The notes under the pieces: model-generated | The model's input: the letters and a program-made list of their open reading frames with translations, nothing else | The model's database searches: none | Told to the model about the DNA's origin: nothing | Translations under genes and position numbers: made by a program | Source of the DNA: a bacterium | Lineage (GTDB): Bacteria > Patescibacteriota > Patescibacteriia > Patescibacteriales > Patescibacteriaceae | Reading direction: 5' to 3' | DNA length: 64,000 bases | Assembly (NCBI GenBank): GCA_035438725.1 | Contig: DAORIW010000002.1 | Span: 2,882 to 66,881, forward strand | In this document: piece after piece, positions 57,251 through 64,000 of the stretch | Layout: the number at the start of each line of letters is the position of its first letter | How positions within the stretch are numbered: the stretch's first letter is position 1

Positions 57251-58882
57251 ATGATTGCCTTAACTAAAAAATTGCTGCCGAAAATATTTCGTTCATCAGA
57301 AACAATTGCCGGAGCGGCTTTAATTATTGCCGCTTTTTCAATTGCGAGTCGAGTATTAGGAGTATTACGAGATAGAATTTTAGCTGGGACATTTGGCGCT
57401 GGTCAAACACTAGATATCTATTACGCCGCTTTCCGTTTTCCGGATTTGATTTTTAATTTATTAGTTTTAGGAGCTTTATCAGCGGGATTTATCCCAATTT
57501 TTTCTAGTTTAATGAGTAAAGGAGAAGATCAAAAAGCTTGGCGCCTCACTAATAATATTTTTAATATTCTAAGCTTAGGTTTAACTGTTCTTTGTAGCTT
57601 TGGAATAATTTTTGCTCCTTGGCTTACTACTTTTATTGCTCCTGGTTTTGCTCCGGAAGCTCAGACAATTTTAATTCCTTTGAGTCGTATCATGTTTATT
57701 TCTCCGTTACTACTCGGCATATCGAGTATTGTTGGTAGCGTGTTGCAATCCAAGCGAAGATTTTTTGTATATTCGTTATCGCCCATTTTTTATAATTTAG
57801 GAATTATTACTGGTGCTCTATTTTTAGCACCACGCTTTGGAATTATTGGGTTAGCCTGGGGGGTCGTGGGAGGGTCATTACTGCATTTATTAATTCAGCT
57901 CCCAACTTTTTTTCGTTTAGGTTTTCGTTATCGTATGATATTTGAATGGCGAGATAGAAATGTTTTATCAGTTTTTAAGATGATGTCTGCTCGAACTTTT
58001 AGTTTAGCAGTGACACAGGTAAATTTAATTGTTATTACTATTATTGCCTCGACGTTAGCTACGGGTTCCCTAGCTATTTTTAATTTAGCAAATAATCTCC
58101 AATTTTTTCCGGTCAGTATTTTTGGAATATCTTTTGCTCTGGCGGTATTTCCCTTAATGGCGGCGACTGAAGATCGTGTGACGCTCAGACATCTTTTTTC
58201 ACGAACGTTTAGACAAATTTTATTTTTTATTATTCCGGCGACAGTAATAGTAATTGCTTTACGAGCGCAAATTGTTCGATTAGTTCTTGGTTCGGGAAAA
58301 TTTGATTGGACGGCGACTGTCTTAACCATCGAAACACTTGGTTTTTTTGCTGTTTCTTTTTTTGCACAAGCAACATTGCCACTTTTAAATCGTGCCTTTT
58401 TTGCTCAAAAAGATTCTCGAACTCCGCTGTATACCGGCTTAGTAGCTGAAGCTGTTAATATTATTCTTTCGATTTGGTTATCAAGAAAATATGGACCACC
58501 TGGTTTAGCGCTTGGTTTTTCTATTAGCACAATTGTAAATTTTGTTTTATTATTTGTTTTTTTGCATCGTCGCTTAAGTGGTCTTGATGAGCGACGAATT
58601 GTTATTTCTATTTTTAAATTTACGATAGCTGCTTTGTTAGCGGGTTGTGCGATTCAAGCGATGAAATTATTAGTGTGGCCATATGTTGATATGAGTCGAT
58701 TTTGGGGAGTGCTTTTGCAGGCCACCACGGCTGGTATTTTTGGCGGAATTGTTTATTTAGGAACCTGCTCTTTATTAAAGAGCGAGGAGTTTTTAGAAAT
58801 ATGGAAAGTGGCTAAGGGTAGATTACTCAAACCCAGCAAAGACTTCAAAGCTGATGACCAGGGTGAGGCAAGAGGTATTTAA
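57251..58882 (+). CDS. murJ: Lipid II flippase MurJ (MviN)
   Basis: SRVLGVLRDRILAGTFGAG...DIYYAAFRFPD N-terminal signature; about 14 TM helices. Confidence 0.9.
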   Translation: MIALTKKLLPKIFRSSETIAGAALIIAAFSIASRVLGVLRDRILAGTFGAGQTLDIYYAAFRFPDLIFNLLVLGALSAGFIPIFSSLMSKGEDQKAWRLTNNIFNILSLGLTVLCSFGIIFAPWLTTFIAPGFAPEAQTILIPLSRIMFISPLLLGISSIVGSVLQSKRRFFVYSLSPIFYNLGIITGALFLAPRFGIIGLAWGVVGGSLLHLLIQLPTFFRLGFRYRMIFEWRDRNVLSVFKMMSARTFSLAVTQVNLIVITIIASTLATGSLAIFNLANNLQFFPVSIFGISFALAVFPLMAATEDRVTLRHLFSRTFRQILFFIIPATVIVIALRAQIVRLVLGSGKFDWTATVLTIETLGFFAVSFFAQATLPLLNRAFFAQKDSRTPLYTGLVAEAVNIILSIWLSRKYGPPGLALGFSISTIVNFVLLFVFLHRRLSGLDERRIVISIFKFTIAALLAGCAIQAMKLLVWPYVDMSRFWGVLLQATTAGIFGGIVYLGTCSLLKSEEFLEIWKVAKGRLLKPSKDFKADDQGEARGI

Positions 58883-58906
58883 TATCCTTACACGTATAAA
58901 GAACAT

Positions 58907-59689
58907 ATGAAAATACATTTTATTGGTTTATCATGTTTTTTAATAGAAAATGATTCTGGTTTTAGAATTTTAATTGATCCGTTTAATGACCAACCTGAAT
59001 GGTCACTTGGTCTAACATTTCCTACTACCTTTAAAGGCTCTTCTTTTGGGACAAATATTGTTTTAATGTCTGAGCCCGATGCAGATCATTCATATTCGAA
59101 AGGTGATTGGTTGCAGTACGGACCTGAAACAAAACCAAATTGTAATCCTTTCCCTAATTTCGATTTGAAGGGGACAATTGTGTATGAGTATCATGGTGAT
59201 TTAAATATTGCCTATCATTATACGATTGATGGATTACGATTAGCCCACTTTGCTGATAATGCTCATCTTCTTACCGAACAACAATGCGCAGAAATTGGTT
59301 CACCTGACATAGTATTTATGTCACCACCTAAAGTACCCGGTGCAGACGGCCTGGAAATAGTTCGTAAAAATATTGAAATGTTAAAACCAAAAATAATTAT
59401 GTGGACGCATCACATAGTACCACCGGATTTACCTAAAACTACCGATAGTCAATCTTTAAGAAATTATTTTATAAAATATTTTAAAGAAAATGCTAGTACA
59501 AATCAGTTTTACGAAGGAGAAGATAGTTTTATTCAGCTCTGTTATATTTTGGAAAATGCTTTTATTCTAAATACCGAATATTCCGGAATTATTGTTTCCG
59601 AAACATCAATAACTATTGATAAGAATGTAATATCTACTAGTAAAGAAAAAATTCAAAGTTATTTATTTACCTCCATGCTCGCTGAGTAA
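58907..59689 (+). CDS. MBL-fold (metallo-beta-lactamase-like) hydrolase, divergent
   Basis: FLIENDSGFRILIDPF... and EPDADHS resemble the MBL motif region. Confidence 0.55.
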   Translation: MKIHFIGLSCFLIENDSGFRILIDPFNDQPEWSLGLTFPTTFKGSSFGTNIVLMSEPDADHSYSKGDWLQYGPETKPNCNPFPNFDLKGTIVYEYHGDLNIAYHYTIDGLRLAHFADNAHLLTEQQCAEIGSPDIVFMSPPKVPGADGLEIVRKNIEMLKPKIIMWTHHIVPPDLPKTTDSQSLRNYFIKYFKENASTNQFYEGEDSFIQLCYILENAFILNTEYSGIIVSETSITIDKNVISTSKEKIQSYLFTSMLAE

Positions 59690-59693
59690 TACT

Positions 59694-59990
59694 ATGTCAC
59701 AGACCTTTAAACGAACAATTGAAAATTTTACTTGTGAGCAGTGTGGTCAACAGGTTATAGGGAATGGTTATACTAACCATTGTCCGAATTGTTTATATAG
59801 TAAACATGTTGATATTAATCCGGGGGATCGAGGAGCGGTTTGTGGAGGTATGATGAAGCCAGTACGAATTGAAATGAAGGGACAAGAGTGGTTTCTTCTC
59901 CAACTTTGTCTTACGTGTGGTTTTGAACGAAAAAATAAGGTAGTGTCGGAAGATAACCGTAATGCCTTATTTAAGCTGGCTTCTGGATAA
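59694..59990 (+). CDS. RNHCP-domain zinc-ribbon protein
   Basis: FTCEQCG...YTNHCPNCLYSKHVD...CGGMM...CLTCG. Confidence 0.7.
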   Translation: MSQTFKRTIENFTCEQCGQQVIGNGYTNHCPNCLYSKHVDINPGDRGAVCGGMMKPVRIEMKGQEWFLLQLCLTCGFERKNKVVSEDNRNALFKLASG

Positions 59991-60040
59991 ATTTTGGCTT
60001 ATTTTAGATAAAATACTATGTGTACTGCTTAAAAAATTGC

Positions 60041-60069
60041 TTGACTTACTCGTTAAAAAACGCTACTAT
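60041..60069 (+). promoter_or_regulatory. Promoter TTGACT-17-TACTAT for RNase P RNA
   Basis: TTGACT 60041-60046, TACTAT 60064-60069. Confidence 0.5.
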
Positions 60070-60076
60070 GAAACAA

Positions 60077-60506
60077 CCTTGTCTTGAGATAATCGCTCGG
60101 TACACAGATGATTGCTTTATTCAAAATGGATAGAGAGGAAAGTCCGGACTCCAGAAAAAGGGCAGTGGGTAACGCCCACCAGAAGTAATTCTAGGGAAAG
60201 TGCCACAGAGACAATACTAGCTGACTCATAGAGTCAGTGAAAGGTGAAAAGTGAGTTTAGGTTGCTAAAGTCAGCCAGAACTCTCGTCGCTTGGTGACAG
60301 GCTGACGCGGTAAACCCTGCCTGGAGCAAGAGCAAACCTTTTTTCGTCAATGATGAAAAAAGATGAAAAGTAGCTCGCTTGAATTCTTAAGCAATTAAGG
60401 ATCTAGATAGATAATCATCGTTCGGTTCTCAGCGTGTTATATAACATTCTGAGGTCGGATACAGAATCCGGCTTATCGTGTGCCGGGTGTTTATTTCATG
60501 ATAAGG
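60077..60506 (+). ncRNA. rnpB: RNase P RNA (bacterial type A)
   Basis: Universal P4 strands GAGGAAAGTCCGG (about 60134) and ACAGAATCCGGCTTA (about 60461), GGGTAACGCCCA, AGTGCCACAGAGA, GGTAAACCC; long P1 pairing 60077-60105 with 60478-60506. Confidence 0.9.
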
Positions 60507-60511
60507 CATGT

Positions 60512-61927
60512 ATGAAAAAATCAGATTTATTTTTTTCCGTTATCTTGGTTCCGCTTGATTTTTTAATGATTGTCGCGGCTGGGTTATCGGCTTATTATCT
60601 TCGTTTTTCAGAGCTGTCCACTGATATTCGACCAGTGATTTTTAGTTTACCGGTCGGAGAATATATTTCTATTGTTTTAATACTTGCTACCGTTTGGCTT
60701 ATTATTTTTAGTTTTTCCGGGTTATATAATATTCGGGAATTAGGTAGCCTTAAAGTTGAATTAAAAAAAGTAATCATGGGCTGCTCACTTGGATTAGTGG
60801 CCGTTGTAATTTTTATTTTCTTTTACCGTGAACTTTTTTCTTCACGTTTTATTGTTTTAGTTGGTTGGGCTTTTGCAATTCTCTATGTTGGTGTGGGAAG
60901 AATCTTAGTAACATTAATTCGTCGTTTATTATTTCGTAATGGTCAAGGAATTCATTCAGTTGTTGTGGTGGGCGAAAGCCAAACCGCCGACCATTTGGTA
61001 CGAGAATTTGCCCGTCGGCCAGGACTTGGTTTTGTAATTGTAAAGCGTTTATCCGATTTTAGTTTAGAATCAGCTAAAGAACTAGAAGCACTATTAGCCG
61101 TTAGAGAAGTAGATGAAATTTTACAAGCTGATCCCACTCTTTCTAAAAGTGATCGTTTACGATTATATGACTTTGCTGATGAACATCATTTGGTGTATAA
61201 GTATGCAGCTGATCTTTTGGAAACAAAAGTTTTGCGAGTTGAGGTTGATGAACTAGCCGGTATTCCGATTGTTGAAGTTAAAAAAACTCCTCTCGATGGT
61301 TGGGGGAGAGTTGCTAAACGAATTGGGGATATTATTGGTTCCATTTTTCTAATAGTAGTAACCAGTCCCATTATGCTTTTGGTTATTATCGCCATTAAAC
61401 TCGATTCTCGGGGGCCTATTTTCTTTTCTCGACTTGATGATGATTCACCTTTGTATCGAATTGGTCAGGGAGGTAAAAAGTTTCGTTATTTAAAATTTCG
61501 TTCGATGGTTCCGCGAATGAATAGTTTGCGCTACAGTGAGTTAGCTGATCGTAATGTACGTTCCGACGGACCGATGGTAAAGATAAAAGATGATCCTCGA
61601 GTAACTCGAGTTGGAAAATTTATCCGTCGATTTAGTTTTGATGAATTACCGGAATTATTTTTAGTCCTCGTTGGTACAATGAGCTTAGTTGGTCCTCGTC
61701 CACATTTACCTGAGGAAGTAGCTAAATATGAAGGTCGTCATAAAAAAGTTTTAACAATTAAGCCGGGTATTACCGGATACGCTCAGGTTTCTGGGCGAAG
61801 TGATTTAACTTTTGAAGAAGAAGTGAGACTGGATATTTATTATATTGAAAACTGGGCAATTGTTTCTGATATTATTATTCTTCTAAAAACACCATTAGCG
61901 GTTCTTCGTCCGCGCGTGGCTGAGTAA
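60512..61927 (+). CDS. Polyprenyl-phosphate sugar phosphotransferase (WbaP/EPS initiating transferase family)
   Basis: N-terminal TMs plus Bac_transf core KRIGDIIGS..., KFRSM, DELPELFLVLVGTMSLVGPRP; start moved to ATG 60512, outside rnpB. Confidence 0.88.
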   Translation: MKKSDLFFSVILVPLDFLMIVAAGLSAYYLRFSELSTDIRPVIFSLPVGEYISIVLILATVWLIIFSFSGLYNIRELGSLKVELKKVIMGCSLGLVAVVIFIFFYRELFSSRFIVLVGWAFAILYVGVGRILVTLIRRLLFRNGQGIHSVVVVGESQTADHLVREFARRPGLGFVIVKRLSDFSLESAKELEALLAVREVDEILQADPTLSKSDRLRLYDFADEHHLVYKYAADLLETKVLRVEVDELAGIPIVEVKKTPLDGWGRVAKRIGDIIGSIFLIVVTSPIMLLVIIAIKLDSRGPIFFSRLDDDSPLYRIGQGGKKFRYLKFRSMVPRMNSLRYSELADRNVRSDGPMVKIKDDPRVTRVGKFIRRFSFDELPELFLVLVGTMSLVGPRPHLPEEVAKYEGRHKKVLTIKPGITGYAQVSGRSDLTFEEEVRLDIYYIENWAIVSDIIILLKTPLAVLRPRVAE

Positions 61928-61928
61928 T

Positions 61929-63050
61929 ATGAAAGTTGCTTTAATCCATGACCATTTGGCTCAGGCTGGAGGAGCCGAAAAAGTTCTCCAGGTTTTATGC
62001 GAATTGTTTCCTGAGGCGCCAATTTACACTCTTTTATATGAGCCGGAAAATGTTGATCGTCATTTTAAAAATCGAAAAATTCTTACTTCAATCATTCAAC
62101 GTTTACCCGGAGGCATTAAACATTACCAGTGGTATATGCCCTTTATGCCGATGGCGGTTGAATTTTTTAATTTAAGTGAATTTGATTTAGTTATTTCTGA
62201 TGCTAGTGCTTTCGCCAAAGGAGTGCTCACGGGTACTCATACGCTGCATATATGTTATTGTCATACGCCAACTCGATATTTATGGGATTATAGTCACCAG
62301 TATATTCAAGAGCTTCGTTATAATAAATATTTTAAAAAAATTATTTCCTTGATTCTTAATTATGTCCGACTTTGGGATAAGGCGGCCGCTGATCGGGTCG
62401 ATTATTATATCGCCAATTCTAAAACGAGTCAGCAGCGTATCGCTAAATATTATCGTCGTACGTCTGAAGTCATTTATCCACCGGTTGAGCTTGACCGTTT
62501 TCATATTTCTGAAAAACCTGGAGAATATTTTTTGATTGGCGGACGCTTAGCGTCCTACAAACGGATTGATATTGTTATTGAAGCTTTTAAAGAGCTTGGG
62601 TGGCCTTTGAAAATTTTTGGTGATGGAGTCGATTTGGAGCGCTTACAGAATATCGCCAACGGAGCTTCTCACATAGAATTTTTAGGTCGGGTGAGTGAAG
62701 ATGAGAAAGCTGATTTATATCGTAACTGTAAAGCATTCATTAATCCCCAAGAAGAAGATTTTGGCATTACGGTCATTGAGGCCATGGCCTCCGGCCGACC
62801 CGTAATTGCGTTTCGGAAAGGCGGTGCGACGGAAACGGTAGTTGAAAATAAAAGTGGACTCTTTTTTGATCTTCAAACCCCGGCTGCTTTAATTGCTTGT
62901 TTGCGAAGTTTTAAAGAAGAAGATTTTAAAGCATCGGAACTTCGTCAATACGCTCAACAATTTTCCGTCGATCGTTTTAAAGAAAAAATTTCTTTAGCCG
63001 TAACTCGCGAATATGAACGATTTAAAAACGGCCATGAATATCTTGATTGA
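61929..63050 (+). CDS. Glycosyltransferase family 4 (GT-B)
   Basis: C-terminal EEDFGITVIEAMASGRPVIA pattern (E-x7-E). Confidence 0.85.
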   Translation: MKVALIHDHLAQAGGAEKVLQVLCELFPEAPIYTLLYEPENVDRHFKNRKILTSIIQRLPGGIKHYQWYMPFMPMAVEFFNLSEFDLVISDASAFAKGVLTGTHTLHICYCHTPTRYLWDYSHQYIQELRYNKYFKKIISLILNYVRLWDKAAADRVDYYIANSKTSQQRIAKYYRRTSEVIYPPVELDRFHISEKPGEYFLIGGRLASYKRIDIVIEAFKELGWPLKIFGDGVDLERLQNIANGASHIEFLGRVSEDEKADLYRNCKAFINPQEEDFGITVIEAMASGRPVIAFRKGGATETVVENKSGLFFDLQTPAALIACLRSFKEEDFKASELRQYAQQFSVDRFKEKISLAVTREYERFKNGHEYLD

Positions 63051-64000
63051 TATCCGTCCGTTAATGGATGAGCGTTATAGTGGTGTGGCCGAGTATACCG
63101 TAGAGCTTTTACGTGCCATATTCATGTTTGACCAAACAAATAATTATTGGCTTTTTTATAATTCAGCTCGTGATATACGTTATCGTTTACCCGTCTTTAA
63201 TCAGCCAAACGTTCGAGTAATTCGAACACGATTTCCTAATAAAATACTTAATTACGCTTTTTTAAAAATTTTTCAAAGACCCTATTTTGATCGATTAATA
63301 GGGGAGAAGATTGATATTTTTTTCATGCCCCATTTCAATTTTGCTGCTTGGTCACCCTCAGTTACATCTGTTTTAGCAGTTCATGATATTTCCTTTCTTC
63401 ATTATCAAGAATTTTTTAGTTGGCGTAAAAATATCTGGCATCGCCTATTAGGGGTAAAAAAATTAATTGGTCGTTTTTCAAAGATTGTAACTCTTTCTGA
63501 AAATACTCGAGTTGATGTCATTAATACAGTTAAGGTAAGGGGGGAAAAAGTTACCACCTTCTATTCAGGAATTTCTTCGGTATTTAAAAAATATGCTATT
63601 GATAATCAGGAAATAAAAAGGGTTAAAGAAAAATATCGATTACCGGATAATTTTTTATTATTTCTCGGAACAGTGGAACCTAGAAAAAATATTGAAGGTT
63701 TAATCAGAGCCTTTGAAATTGTTAAACAACGCCAGCCTTCAGATTTAAAATTGGTAATAGCGGGAGGTCGTGGTTGGAAGTCTAAACCGATCTACGAAGC
63801 GGCCGCCAAATCTTCGCAGACAACAGATATTATTTTTCTAGGATATGTTGAGGCTTATGAAAAAGTTTTTTTGTATAATTTAGCGACGTTGTTTGTCTAC
63901 CCGTCTTTTTATGAAGGTTTTGGTTTTCCCCCTTTAGAGGCAATGGCCTGCGGCGTACCCACTATTGTTAGCGCTGTTTCATCGTTACCAGAAATAGTAG
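63034..64000 (+). CDS. Glycosyltransferase family 4, 3' end outside the window
   Basis: Manual translation from ATG 63034: MNILIDIRPLMDERYSGVAEYT...FLGTVEPRKNIEGLIRAF...YPSFYEGFGFPPLEAMACGVPTIVS; open to the window edge; overlaps the previous stop by 17 nt. Confidence 0.8.
   Translation, partial: MNILIDIRPLMDERYSGVAEYTVELLRAIFMFDQTNNYWLFYNSARDIRYRLPVFNQPNVRVIRTRFPNKILNYAFLKIFQRPYFDRLIGEKIDIFFMPHFNFAAWSPSVTSVLAVHDISFLHYQEFFSWRKNIWHRLLGVKKLIGRFSKIVTLSENTRVDVINTVKVRGEKVTTFYSGISSVFKKYAIDNQEIKRVKEKYRLPDNFLLFLGTVEPRKNIEGLIRAFEIVKQRQPSDLKLVIAGGRGWKSKPIYEAAAKSSQTTDIIFLGYVEAYEKVFLYNLATLFVYPSFYEGFGFPPLEAMACGVPTIVSAVSSLPEIV

Noticed and set aside
60434-60511. N-terminal extension of the sugar-transferase ORF
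   Set aside because: It overlaps the 3' part of RNase P RNA (P4 3' strand and P1). The start was moved to ATG 60512.

Overview
This is an AT-rich, tightly packed bacterial chromosome segment that uses the standard genetic code (conserved genes end normally at TGA/TAA/TAG). The gene content suggests a Patescibacteria/CPR-like organism: a streamlined housekeeping set, pilT/dprA/rmuC, many orphan secreted or membrane proteins, and several catalytically eroded enzyme paralogs. That assignment is inference only.

Backbone genes:
- infB (5' partial), rbfA and a DHH phosphoesterase.
- A complete F1Fo ATP synthase operon (atpZ-B-E-F-H-A-G-D-C) with one extra co-transcribed 361-aa gene.
- murD and polA.
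- An island of orphan secreted/membrane genes ending at tRNA-Ala.
- A LysM/M23 hydrolase and a UvrD-type helicase fused to a PD-(D/E)XK nuclease.
- M16 peptidase and glyQS, an O-antigen-ligase-like protein, and rmuC.
- topA, dprA and an EEP nuclease.
- trxB and pilT, followed by a beta-propeller lipoprotein.
- pgk, an iPGM-like gene and murJ.
- RNase P RNA and a polyprenyl-phosphate sugar transferase/GT4 cluster, partial at the 3' edge.

Four canonical tRNAs are present: Ala-UGC, Ile-UAU, Val-GAC and Glu-UUC. I saw no CRISPR array, transposase or integrase.

The most unusual locus is 39.2-41.5 kb. A TrmB-type regulator is divergently transcribed from a stand-alone, strongly diverged alanyl-tRNA-synthetase catalytic-domain paralog. 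Three structurally aberrant tRNA-like genes follow that paralog immediately, with UAU, UAA-like and UAC at the anticodon position. I propose this as a candidate dedicated, possibly non-ribosomal, aaRS-like/tRNA-like module.

Other notable signals:
- A dcd-like gene broken by an 8-bp tandem duplication.
- A ~120-bp element duplicated upstream of two consensus promoters.
- A family of GC-rich hairpins.
- Several structured leaders.
- An iPGM homolog lacking most catalytic residues.

All coordinates of RNA and regulatory elements were derived by eye and may be off by a few nucleotides.
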